From positions 2,630-66,629 of the IMG/VR virus record IMGVR_UViG_3300021356_000014: a stretch of 64,000 bases of DNA; one strand, given 5' to 3'. Shown here piece after piece: positions 21,037 to 30,826 of the stretch (its first letter is position 1; each line of letters begins with the position of its first letter). This DNA comes from a virus. The position numbers and the translations under genes were made by a program. Below the pieces are notes generated by a model. That model did not search any database. It had not been told where the DNA came from and was given only the letters and a program-made list of their open reading frames with translations.

Positions 21037-21159
21037 TTGCCCGCAATGCTTGCGTATGCTTGCGTATTCTTGCGTATGCTTGCCTATGCTTGCCTATTCT
21101 TGCCTATTCTTGCGTATTCTTGCGTATGTGCGTATGTGTGTGTATGTGAGTATTGCGGG
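21037..21159. repeat. 8 x 10-bp tandem repeat KCTTGCSTAT enclosed by inverted CCCGCAAT/ATTGCGGG arms
   Basis: Units 21048-21127; arms 21037-21047 and 21152-21159. Confidence 0.9.
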
Positions 21160-21180
21160 TTAATAATATTTTAATTTTAT

Positions 21181-22605
21181 ATGCTACAATTAACTAATCC
21201 GATTCCTGAGTCCATTAGAGATTCAAAGAAGTTGGGTATATTATTTAAGAAGTATAATATAATGCCATATTATGGGACTACTGATGAGAGTAGTCACAGT
21301 ATGTTGCGTTTATTATATGATGTGAGTTCGGTAAGTCAGAGTCATGTAGCTTGTAAATTAAATATAATAAGTTATGCATTTGGCGAGCAGTTGGATATAA
21401 AGCAGCCACATATTAGTGGCTTTTATGATACTGAGAATTTGGATAACAAGTTAGATCGTTCTACTAAGGTATCATATATTGAGGCTTTGCGTGGGATGGG
21501 TTTGCGATTAACTGATATTATAAAGTACACTAAATCTGGGTATCATCATTATACTGATTCTGGGAATGCATGGTTTATAGTACGTTTAGTTAAGGCGGGA
21601 GGAGAGAGTAAGGTATATATTGAGCCTGTTCATTACACTCAAGTTGCTTTATTGGTTCCTCGCAGTGGTTCTAACAATTTAAAGAATGCGATTGTAACGG
21701 AGTATTGGGATGAGGATTATTGGAGGCAGCGTAAGCCGAAGGTATATCCTGTTACTGATATGTTTGCTGAGGAGTGGAATTGGAGAGAGCGAGGGAATGG
21801 TACTATCTTTGAGACTATTGTACATATAAAGAATAATGCGGACAAGAGCAAGTTTTATGGTAGGCCAGATACATTGAGTGTATTAAATTATATGTATAGT
21901 GAGTATGCGTTTAGTGATGTAAGTGCAAAGATAAGTGGTACTGAGTTTGTCACAAAGAAGGTATTAGCTTTTGAGGAGTTAGACCCAACACGTTATGATG
22001 GGGATGAGGAGGATAAGATTATGCAGCATCGTCGTCGTATGAATTCCTTGAGGGGATTAATGACAAGGGAGGGCGATCATTTGCAGGCTAAAAGTTTGGC
22101 GGGTATTGAGTATCCGTTTGGTCAGAAGCCTCCTATTGCTATTGATTTAGAATTGAATAGAGATTGGGCATGGAAAGATAAAGAATTAGATAGAGCTAGT
22201 TCTTATATTTATGCTATGCATGGATGGGAGAAGCAGTTAACAGGAATGAAAGAAGTAAAGAGTAATACTGGTAGTAATATTGTTATTGACTTATTTAATA
22301 TTAAGAATGTGACAACTATTACTCCTTTACAGAAATTTTGGGAAAATATATGGGGATGGATGTTAAATGAGATAGGTAGTGTATTACTGCCTAGTCAAGA
22401 GATGTATAGCATTAAGTTTCAAGATAAGATTAAGGAGTTAGTAAATATGTTAGCATTGACTCAAGATGCTGATGTAGTAGCTCAATTAAATTATAATTTG
22501 AAGAGTGGTGCGAGAGTTGATGTAAAGGATAGTAGTGCTGCTGCTAATAAAGACCTAATTAAGAACACCTTAAACGAAGATACTGATGCTGAAGCTGAAG
22601 AGTAG
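21181..22605 (+). CDS. portal protein
   Basis: 474 aa; SQSHVAC, DSGNAW, FYGRPD, IYAMHGW..LTG, TITPLQ pattern. Confidence 0.7.
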   Translation: MLQLTNPIPESIRDSKKLGILFKKYNIMPYYGTTDESSHSMLRLLYDVSSVSQSHVACKLNIISYAFGEQLDIKQPHISGFYDTENLDNKLDRSTKVSYIEALRGMGLRLTDIIKYTKSGYHHYTDSGNAWFIVRLVKAGGESKVYIEPVHYTQVALLVPRSGSNNLKNAIVTEYWDEDYWRQRKPKVYPVTDMFAEEWNWRERGNGTIFETIVHIKNNADKSKFYGRPDTLSVLNYMYSEYAFSDVSAKISGTEFVTKKVLAFEELDPTRYDGDEEDKIMQHRRRMNSLRGLMTREGDHLQAKSLAGIEYPFGQKPPIAIDLELNRDWAWKDKELDRASSYIYAMHGWEKQLTGMKEVKSNTGSNIVIDLFNIKNVTTITPLQKFWENIWGWMLNEIGSVLLPSQEMYSIKFQDKIKELVNMLALTQDADVVAQLNYNLKSGARVDVKDSSAAANKDLIKNTLNEDTDAEAEE

Positions 22606-23341
22606 AACATTGTTGACCCCTGCTGAGGTGATATATTATGCGGGCTTAGGAGGCAGTTTTCCTAGACTTACTATACGTAATATATTTACTATTGAGTATC
22701 AAGAGGCTAGGACTCTTATTGGAGAAATTTTCTATGCAGAATTGATTGCAGATTTAATAGAACATTCTGATGTACGCAACTTTACAGAATTTGTTATTGA
22801 GAGTGATGGTACTACGAATTGGGAGGTAGGTGACAACTTTGTATATAATGGGATTCTTTATACAGTAAAATTAAAGCCTGATTTTACGGATGACCAAATT
22901 CGTGCTTTTTATCATGGGCAGACTCCTGAGTTTTTAGTTGGTGAAGATAGTGGTATTTTTAAGTATGCAGATAAATTTTCTACGGAAGCATTTAGTACAC
23001 TTTGGTATGACTTTATGGCTGAATGGCTTTCATGGCAAGTTATTGCCAATTTACTTGGGGTTATGCATTCACAAATTAGACCTGAGGGTATCGTTAAAAA
23101 TTTAGGTAAGACTTACGAACACGCAAGCGATGATGAGTATCATATTTTACATAAAGCTTGTTTAGGTAATGCCGAGAGAGCTTATTTTAATATGAATCAC
23201 TTTATACTAAGTAATAATACTGATGGGGTGTATGATAATTATAAACCAATTTTAGAAGATGGTCTATCATCTATTGATGACTTATCTACTATAAATGATA
23301 AAGTAAAAGGAGCAGGATATGGTCGATATTATTTTGGATAG
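22586..23341 (+). CDS. head-tail adaptor-like protein
   Basis: LLTPAEVI..IGEIFYAEL..GIVK pattern; follows the portal. Confidence 0.5.
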   Translation: MLKLKSRTLLTPAEVIYYAGLGGSFPRLTIRNIFTIEYQEARTLIGEIFYAELIADLIEHSDVRNFTEFVIESDGTTNWEVGDNFVYNGILYTVKLKPDFTDDQIRAFYHGQTPEFLVGEDSGIFKYADKFSTEAFSTLWYDFMAEWLSWQVIANLLGVMHSQIRPEGIVKNLGKTYEHASDDEYHILHKACLGNAERAYFNMNHFILSNNTDGVYDNYKPILEDGLSSIDDLSTINDKVKGAGYGRYYFG

Positions 23342-23711
23342 TATTGAAAGATTCAAAAAGAATACGCTATTAAAGGCTGTATTTGCAGGCGTAGAACTCG
23401 CAAAAAGGGAGCATGGGGATGCTCGTGTTAAGGTATGTAGTGAGTGTCCGCTTGCAGGCAAAGTTGAGGTTATGGGTATCAAGATGGATGGATGTACTGA
23501 GTGTGGTTGTCCATTTGCTACAAAGCCTTATATGCTAAATATGCCTCGGTTAAAAGATAAGATGGATGAGCCATTATCTTTTGACGAGCTAATCAAATTA
23601 AGAACCACCAAAGAGTCTGATGACTTTGAGATGGTAAAGATAACTTGTCCTCACCCGAATGGGAATAAATGGTCACAAGTTGATAACACTTTTTTAAATT
23701 TAAAAAAATAG
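23319..23711 (+). CDS. Cys-rich (Zn-binding) hypothetical protein
   Basis: RVKVCSECP, CTECGCP, CPHP..KW. Confidence 0.65.
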   Translation: MVDIILDSIERFKKNTLLKAVFAGVELAKREHGDARVKVCSECPLAGKVEVMGIKMDGCTECGCPFATKPYMLNMPRLKDKMDEPLSFDELIKLRTTKESDDFEMVKITCPHPNGNKWSQVDNTFLNLKK

Positions 23712-23715
23712 TCAA

Positions 23716-24495
23716 ATGTTAATTAAAGACATTTCAAAATTCGGGTTATTTAGAGACAACCCTCATGCTGATCCAATCAATAACTTAAAGTTCTCTACAA
23801 AATCTCAGGAGAGTGAAACGACAAGCGTAGGTCAAGATACTATTGTTTGTGCTGGTGCGGATAGTGATACACTAGAATCTGTAACTTACACAAAAGAAGG
23901 TGTTGACTATGTTATGTATCCTGAGAATACTATCGTAGCTACTGATACGGATGCGGTATTTAATTTTATCTTCGAGAAGGTATTACGTATTTATGAAGTA
24001 GATGCTTACTTAGATGTTTCTTATGATGCAGCCTCTTCAGGTACAGTAACAGTAGTACATATTGGTGAAGGTTCAATTTCTGCTATCAAATTAGCAGGCG
24101 AAACTGAAGACACAGCTACTAGACTTACTACTGTAGAAACAGTTGCTACTTACCGTTTAGATGTTGCTTCTGTAGCAGCAACGGTAGATGCTTTCTCTGA
24201 TGGTGTTGATTCAGTTGCAGTAGGGGTAGAAATTTCTGATATTACTGCGATTACTGCGGACAATGCGAGCGAAGCAGCGCAGTTAAAATCTGCTTTAGTT
24301 TCTACTTGCTTTGCTGGCTTAACGGATACAACGCTTGCAAATAGTGCAACTGTAGAGGTTACTCCTGACATGGTTACAGGTCTTTATATCGTAAAAATCT
24401 CAGTTGCAGATACTTATGATAAGACTATGAGTTTGACATTAGGAGGTACAATCTACAATTTCGCTAAGGTAGCGTTCAGTAAAAGATTTGTATAA
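23716..24495 (+). CDS. putative virion structural protein
   Basis: 259 aa, A/T/V/D-rich, followed by a terminator. Confidence 0.55.
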   Translation: MLIKDISKFGLFRDNPHADPINNLKFSTKSQESETTSVGQDTIVCAGADSDTLESVTYTKEGVDYVMYPENTIVATDTDAVFNFIFEKVLRIYEVDAYLDVSYDAASSGTVTVVHIGEGSISAIKLAGETEDTATRLTTVETVATYRLDVASVAATVDAFSDGVDSVAVGVEISDITAITADNASEAAQLKSALVSTCFAGLTDTTLANSATVEVTPDMVTGLYIVKISVADTYDKTMSLTLGGTIYNFAKVAFSKRFV

Positions 24496-24519
24496 TCAAT
24501 TCTCTCATTCTATAATTAT

Positions 24520-24554
24520 AAGGGAAGCTTATTAATTTAGGTTTCCCTTTTTTT
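24520..24554 (+). terminator. rho-independent terminator
   Basis: AAGGGAAGCT..AGGTTTCCCTT followed by a T run. Confidence 0.75.
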
Positions 24555-24565
24555 AAATTTAAAAA

Positions 24566-26188
24566 ATGAAACCATTATTTAATATAATAGCATTATTTCT
24601 TTTAATGCTATTCAGTAATAACATAATGTCTCAATCATACTCTTTATATTGTGTGGAAGACTATTTTGTTAATGCTACTGAGTGCGACTTATGCGATGAG
24701 TATGGCTCTGGTAGGCAGTTTTTTAATGGTCTAGTACTAGATTCTAGGTCATCAGGTAAAGACATTTTAGTTCGTAGTCCTTACGATATTTTATTAAGAG
24801 GTAATACTGTTATCCTTAGAGATTGGACTATGAAAAAGGTTACTATTAATATGAGTAACATAAAAAACTTTTCAACACCTTTTAGCCTTCTCGGCTATTT
24901 AAAAGAGTGTAGCGGAGGTACAGGACAAGGCGGTGGAGGCTTATCGGACGGAGATTATGGAGACATGACAATCTCAGGAGATGGTAAAATTATCACCTTA
25001 AAAAATGATATTGTTGGTGCGGATGAACTAGAAAATACTACGGTTGTAGCAGGAACTTACAATGTATCAAATATAACTGTAGACGCTCAAGGTAGAATAA
25101 CTAGTGCGAGTGCTGCTACCGCAGATTTGATACCCTTAGCTACACCTCTTTCAGGGAATAATAATGTAGAATCCGCTTTAGTATATCTTGATAATAAACC
25201 TGCAGCAGATGGTTCTGAAACAAAAGTAAATGCAGGTACAAACGTAACTATAACTGGTTCGGGTACTATTGCTGACCCTTATGTGGTGAATGTTTCTTCA
25301 GGTACAGCTATAGTAGGTGATGGAGACTATGGGGATGTTGTAGTTTCTAGCGGTGGTTCTGTATGGACTGTTACTGGCGGCGGTGGTTCTGTTTGGACAA
25401 ATTTAGATGGTACAGGAGCCACAACTTCTTCAACAGATATAAAATACAATGGCGGTCAAGTAGGAGTAGGGTTTGAAGACAGTGAAACTTTACCTAGTAG
25501 TAAGTCTTTAGCTGTAGAAGGGGATATGTCTATACAAAGAGAAAATGGAGCAGGTTTTACTTCTCTAACTGGATATGCAGATGATGGAACTACTGTTAAT
25601 TGGCAAATTAACGATAAAAATTTAGCTATGAATTTAGGAGTTTCGGCAGGTTCTCAGGACTTAGTGATAACTTCTTCGGGGAAAGTAATTATAAATGGTA
25701 CAACTCCTATTGGTAGATTGTCCAGTCAACATGGTTCACAATGGCAATTGGCATTACAAGATGATGCCAACAAATCTACATTAGTAAGACATGAAGATAA
25801 TGGATTAACTAGAATAGCATTTACAGATGATGGAGGTTCTACAACAAAAGATTTGTTTTGGAGAGGAAACGGAAATGATATATCTACTACTAATTCTTTA
25901 ACAGGAGTCGTTGGGCATATTAACTCAATTGTAAAATTGACAGATAATATTGATGATGATACTAAAGTAGCATATACTATACCAGTTGTTTCATATAAAC
26001 ATACTGCTAGTATCTTTTTCATTTGCGATTCTTCAAGTGAAAATGACGGAGGTGATGGATGTGCAGTAGAAACTGCAAATGCTGTTTTAATAAATGGATC
26101 ATCTAATTTTATTCTTCCAGAGCTAGGTAAAGTATATGAATTAAGATACTCAGAAGATTTAGGAGAATGGTTTATAATGAATCTTTAA
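24566..26188 (+). CDS. tail-fibre-like protein with N-terminal signal peptide
   Basis: MKPLFNIIALFLLMLFSNNIMS|Q; AGTYNVSNITVDAQGRITSAS fibre motif; DGDYGD repeats. Confidence 0.65.
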   Translation: MKPLFNIIALFLLMLFSNNIMSQSYSLYCVEDYFVNATECDLCDEYGSGRQFFNGLVLDSRSSGKDILVRSPYDILLRGNTVILRDWTMKKVTINMSNIKNFSTPFSLLGYLKECSGGTGQGGGGLSDGDYGDMTISGDGKIITLKNDIVGADELENTTVVAGTYNVSNITVDAQGRITSASAATADLIPLATPLSGNNNVESALVYLDNKPAADGSETKVNAGTNVTITGSGTIADPYVVNVSSGTAIVGDGDYGDVVVSSGGSVWTVTGGGGSVWTNLDGTGATTSSTDIKYNGGQVGVGFEDSETLPSSKSLAVEGDMSIQRENGAGFTSLTGYADDGTTVNWQINDKNLAMNLGVSAGSQDLVITSSGKVIINGTTPIGRLSSQHGSQWQLALQDDANKSTLVRHEDNGLTRIAFTDDGGSTTKDLFWRGNGNDISTTNSLTGVVGHINSIVKLTDNIDDDTKVAYTIPVVSYKHTASIFFICDSSSENDGGDGCAVETANAVLINGSSNFILPELGKVYELRYSEDLGEWFIMNL

Positions 26189-26201
26189 AAATAAAAATAC
26201 A

Positions 26202-29200
26202 ATGAAAAATAACTTATTAACAATATTTTTAACAATTATATGTATTGCAGCTTATTCTCAAAGCTACAATTCTTTAGATGAATTGTTAGAAGCTGATTAT
26301 TTACCTATTAATAGGATTGTATCTGTTAAAGATGGAGAAAATAGTGCAGATTTTAAAATAGAAAAAGGACAAGGAGATAATATAACTTCTTTTAGCATCA
26401 CAGCTTCAAAAAAAGCAGTTTTAATTGGAGATATTTCTTTGGTAAATTTATCTTTTATAGGTGTAAAGTATGGGGAAGGATTAAGTAAAGCTGAGATGCA
26501 AAGCAATTGGGCAATTTTAAAATCTTTTGTTTACAATTATTCTGATACTCTAAACTTAACTGATGACTTACACATATGGGTTGAGGGAGATGATGCTCTT
26601 ACTGTAGAAAAGGATTTAACTATAAAAGGTAATAAAAATACTTTATACATACATCCAAGGAAAAAGGGATTTAGAGGTACAAGAAAAGTATTTAGACATA
26701 CTTTTGGAAACATTAATATAGATGATTTATATCTAAAAGGTTATTCCGATAGATGGTTATTAGAAACTTATGAAGTAACATTTAAGCCTTCAGGAGATCA
26801 AGACGCAGTTTTATTATCAGGAAGTCAATCTAGTGGTTTTTGGAGTAATTTAAGCACAGGCGATACTATTGCTTTTCAAGTAGATGATGCTACAGCAGGA
26901 AATGTATTTATTGTTTCAGCATTTGACGAGCCTAGTAAGACCATAAGTTTTACAAGTAATTTTGGAACAGCAGATGATTATACTGTAAGTGGGCAATCTT
27001 ATATAGGTGTTAGGTTTGAAGAAAATGCAAATAGTTCAGATATACAGACCTATGGTAAATCATGGAATGTTCAGGATAATGAAGCAAGTGCTTTATATGA
27101 GGAACTTATTTTTATTTCTTCTTTAAATACAGACACTACTGCTGCTGTTTTACAAGATAATTATAAAGAGTTTACTTTTAACAATTGTGACTTTGAAGGA
27201 ATGGACTTTAATCTTAGATTGTCTGGAACATGGTTAAATGTATATAGTAATAATGTAAAAGAACAGGCTAATGCCATTAGCAATAGTTGGGTAGGAGGTT
27301 TAGCAAATAAATTATCTAAAGTTGTAAAAAATCAAGGTGAAGTATATGATTGTGGTACTGTATGTGAAGCTAGTGTAAATGACAATGGAGTAGTTTCTAC
27401 AAATGCAATATTTGGAGGGGGTTATTATTTACACCCTGCATTTGTACCTAATTTTAATGGTGTATTATTCCGTGACAATAACACAACTTCATATAGAAAT
27501 TTCAGTAGCTCAGGTAATGATATAACAGGAGAAGGATGGATAGGATCATTTGAAAATTGTATTTGGCAATCTAATAACTTTGAGCCTTTATTGATTACAT
27601 CTAAAAGCTGGCCTACACAAATAATCAATTGTACGTTTAATGCTCCATATGACGGAGGTCAGACTACAATTCAATTAGGAAATTCTACTTCAATGATAGG
27701 ATGTATAGTAGATGCTCCTATTTATTTAGGTTTAAATAGTGAGCCTTCTAATGAAGTAGATGACAGATATTTTTTAAATTTTGAAGATTGTGTTTTCTAT
27801 CAAAATGCAAGAATAGATTTATCTCAATGGCCTAGTGCTACTGAATCAAAAGCTACTTTTACTTTTAATAACTCGACGTTTTTTCCATCTAACAATAATG
27901 CAGACTTTACAATAAAATATTCTACTGGAAATTTATTAATTAACGATTGTTTTATAGATAGAATGAATGAAGATGCGAATGGTACAATTTATAATTCTAG
28001 TACAAACTTAAACGCATTTATACAACTTGATGAGGGGGCAAGTGATTCTAATCCATTTGGTACTGTTAGTATAGATAATTTAAGAACTTTAAAAGATTTT
28101 TCTAATAATGATATGCCTATTATTAAAGGATATGATGAAAACAGTAGTACAGCAACTACAGCAGATGTATCTGGTTATGTCTTTAATATAAATGTTGTTG
28201 GTGAAAGTGGATTTACACAAGAAAATTTAAGCTCTGTCATTAATTCTAGCGGCGGCGGTGGTTCTTACCTTGTAAATAGTGAATATCCTGCTGATATGGA
28301 TTCAACTTTAGTGTTTAACACAACAGCTTCAGATGCTACTGTAACTTGTGCTGATTGTGCTTTTTCTGCTTCAGATGTGGGTAAGTTAATACAAATAAAT
28401 GGTGCAGGTCGGAGAATAATGGATGGTGATAATAGAGATTACATGGATGGTGATGAGCTTATTACTACTATTTTTTCTGTAACTAGTGCTACTGAGATTG
28501 AAGTCACTGACGCACCTACTGTTACTGTATCAAATACTACAGGATATTGGGGTACAGATATGTCGCCAATTATTAACCAATTAATTACTGATGGTCAAAA
28601 AGAAATTGTTTTTAAAGCAGAAGGTAATGGGTGGATATTTGGTCAAAGGTTAGATGCAAACCAACAAAACAATTCCTGTATTTTAGTTAATCAAAATAAC
28701 GTTACTATCAAGGGTATTGGTCTACCTAGACTAAATTGGGTGTCAACAAACCCAAATAGTTATATAACAACTAATCTTGATGATGCTGCTGAAACAGCAA
28801 ATGGTGTTAGTGATAAAACTCCTTTTGATATTCATTTGATTTATGTTGATGAATCTGATAACTTTATACTAGATGGAGTTTTAGGTTATAATATTGGACA
28901 AGATGAAAGTAGAGTAGATGCCGACCAAGAAGGTGGTAACTGGTCTAATACAACATATAATGCCGATCAAGAATTAAATAACACTGTAGTACCTTATGCT
29001 AGATGGGAAAATAAACAAGCAAATAGTGGTGCTGTAGTAAGATACAGAGGTTACTGTGTAGGAGGTGAAGTGAGGAATAATACATCTTATCGTACAGGTT
29101 TTTTTGTAAGAGTAGATAAAGGTGCAACTGATAATGATGTTAGTTACGGTTTAAAAATTTACAATAATAGGGTGAATGGTTATGGTAGCACCGCTGTAAG

Positions 29201-30815
29201 TACTGGTGAACAAACATATGTGTATAATAATATATTTGACAACTCAGACGCGGCATGGATAAATTCTGATGATAGAAGCAATTCTGGAGCAGAATATGAT
29301 AGATTTGGTACATCACATGCAATTTATGCTTATAGTGGACATAGATCAGGGCATTGGTATAATAATGAATTTATTGAAATTAAAGGTACAGTTTTACAAT
29401 GGAATACCAGTTCAAGCATTAATACTGAACAAAGCTTGTATCATATTTACGGTAACTCATTTTACGATTGTGCAGAAGTAGTTACTGCTTTAGGTAATTC
29501 TAGGGATAAAATTTACTTTAGAGATAATCAGATACAAGACAGTAAGCCATTTAATATCAATTCAAACGACGCTATAGTTTATATGTCAGGTAACGTCTGG
29601 AGAGGCTATAATTCAAATATACTAACGGACGGTACAACAAATGTTGAAACTGCATTTGGATTAAGTTTGGAAGCTTTTGATTCACTATTTATAGACGGAG
29701 ATAAGTTTTATGATTTTAATCTATCAACAACTGCACCTGCTATTAGACTAGGTACTAATTCAGCTACTACAGGCAGTAGTGTTTTATCTATTACCAATTG
29801 TTATTTTGATAAGACAAACTTAGTAGCATTAGATGTTACTGGAACTATTGCGCCAAAAGGTAATGTTAAGTTTTCTGGCAATATTGTAAATTGTGGTATT
29901 AGAATATTACAAAATCGTACAGGATTAGATGCAAGAAATGTAATTGTTAGTAATAATGAGTTTTCTATATCTAGTGGAGATCAATCTATTTCTATAGCAA
30001 ATCCAATTACATTTATAAACAATACAATAGATAAGGTTAATCCTTTTGATATACCTGTTTATGCTGATGCAACTGCTAGAGATGCTGCAATACCTTCACC
30101 TGCCTTAGGAGATTATGCGTATGTTGTGGATGTTAATCAAACACAAGAATATAATGGTAGTGCTTGGGTAGTGAGTTTTGTAACTCAGTTTTATCCTATG
30201 GTTCCGCAAGTTTTAGAAACAGCAGCAGCGAAGATGAATTTTGTTGATAATGTGTTTGTTAACAGCACTTATAATAGAACTTATTTTAGCTTAAATGTAG
30301 GTACACTTGATGAAGATGCTCTAGAGTTTCATGGCAATACGTTTTTATCTCAAAATATGAGCAAAAGCATAAATCCATTCTTTACATTTTGGAGAGGTGG
30401 GTTAAGTTTAAATAATGAAGCATTGCTTGGACAAGTTGTTAGCGCGACTGATAATAAATTCATCTACCCTAACGATGATGCTGAATATTTTGCTTATAGT
30501 GATGATAATGGTAAACCGACCTTCTCATCCCTACAAACATCTGATTTCACAGTAGCAATAGATGAATATAACTTAGTTGACCCTAATGGTGGAGCAATCA
30601 CAGCTACAGTTCCTTCAGGTGTTACACAAGTGGGAACGGAATTTTGGGTAGTAGATTCAGAAGGTACAGCAAGTGGTACAAATACTATTACAGTTGATTT
30701 CTCGACTAATGGTTATACAGTAAGTGGGCAGAATACAGCAGTCATTAATGATGCAGGAGATGGATTCAAATTTATCTACATCGGTTCTAATAAATGGATT
30801 TCAGAAAGACTATAA
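26202..30815 (+). CDS. large beta-helix (pectin-lyase-like) protein with signal peptide
   Basis: MKNNLLTIFLTIICIAAYS|Q; many xNNxF/xNCxF Asn-ladder repeats. Confidence 0.7.
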   Translation: MKNNLLTIFLTIICIAAYSQSYNSLDELLEADYLPINRIVSVKDGENSADFKIEKGQGDNITSFSITASKKAVLIGDISLVNLSFIGVKYGEGLSKAEMQSNWAILKSFVYNYSDTLNLTDDLHIWVEGDDALTVEKDLTIKGNKNTLYIHPRKKGFRGTRKVFRHTFGNINIDDLYLKGYSDRWLLETYEVTFKPSGDQDAVLLSGSQSSGFWSNLSTGDTIAFQVDDATAGNVFIVSAFDEPSKTISFTSNFGTADDYTVSGQSYIGVRFEENANSSDIQTYGKSWNVQDNEASALYEELIFISSLNTDTTAAVLQDNYKEFTFNNCDFEGMDFNLRLSGTWLNVYSNNVKEQANAISNSWVGGLANKLSKVVKNQGEVYDCGTVCEASVNDNGVVSTNAIFGGGYYLHPAFVPNFNGVLFRDNNTTSYRNFSSSGNDITGEGWIGSFENCIWQSNNFEPLLITSKSWPTQIINCTFNAPYDGGQTTIQLGNSTSMIGCIVDAPIYLGLNSEPSNEVDDRYFLNFEDCVFYQNARIDLSQWPSATESKATFTFNNSTFFPSNNNADFTIKYSTGNLLINDCFIDRMNEDANGTIYNSSTNLNAFIQLDEGASDSNPFGTVSIDNLRTLKDFSNNDMPIIKGYDENSSTATTADVSGYVFNINVVGESGFTQENLSSVINSSGGGGSYLVNSEYPADMDSTLVFNTTASDATVTCADCAFSASDVGKLIQINGAGRRIMDGDNRDYMDGDELITTIFSVTSATEIEVTDAPTVTVSNTTGYWGTDMSPIINQLITDGQKEIVFKAEGNGWIFGQRLDANQQNNSCILVNQNNVTIKGIGLPRLNWVSTNPNSYITTNLDDAAETANGVSDKTPFDIHLIYVDESDNFILDGVLGYNIGQDESRVDADQEGGNWSNTTYNADQELNNTVVPYARWENKQANSGAVVRYRGYCVGGEVRNNTSYRTGFFVRVDKGATDNDVSYGLKIYNNRVNGYGSTAVSTGEQTYVYNNIFDNSDAAWINSDDRSNSGAEYDRFGTSHAIYAYSGHRSGHWYNNEFIEIKGTVLQWNTSSSINTEQSLYHIYGNSFYDCAEVVTALGNSRDKIYFRDNQIQDSKPFNINSNDAIVYMSGNVWRGYNSNILTDGTTNVETAFGLSLEAFDSLFIDGDKFYDFNLSTTAPAIRLGTNSATTGSSVLSITNCYFDKTNLVALDVTGTIAPKGNVKFSGNIVNCGIRILQNRTGLDARNVIVSNNEFSISSGDQSISIANPITFINNTIDKVNPFDIPVYADATARDAAIPSPALGDYAYVVDVNQTQEYNGSAWVVSFVTQFYPMVPQVLETAAAKMNFVDNVFVNSTYNRTYFSLNVGTLDEDALEFHGNTFLSQNMSKSINPFFTFWRGGLSLNNEALLGQVVSATDNKFIYPNDDAEYFAYSDDNGKPTFSSLQTSDFTVAIDEYNLVDPNGGAITATVPSGVTQVGTEFWVVDSEGTASGTNTITVDFSTNGYTVSGQNTAVINDAGDGFKFIYIGSNKWISERL

Positions 30816-30826
30816 AAAATAAAACA

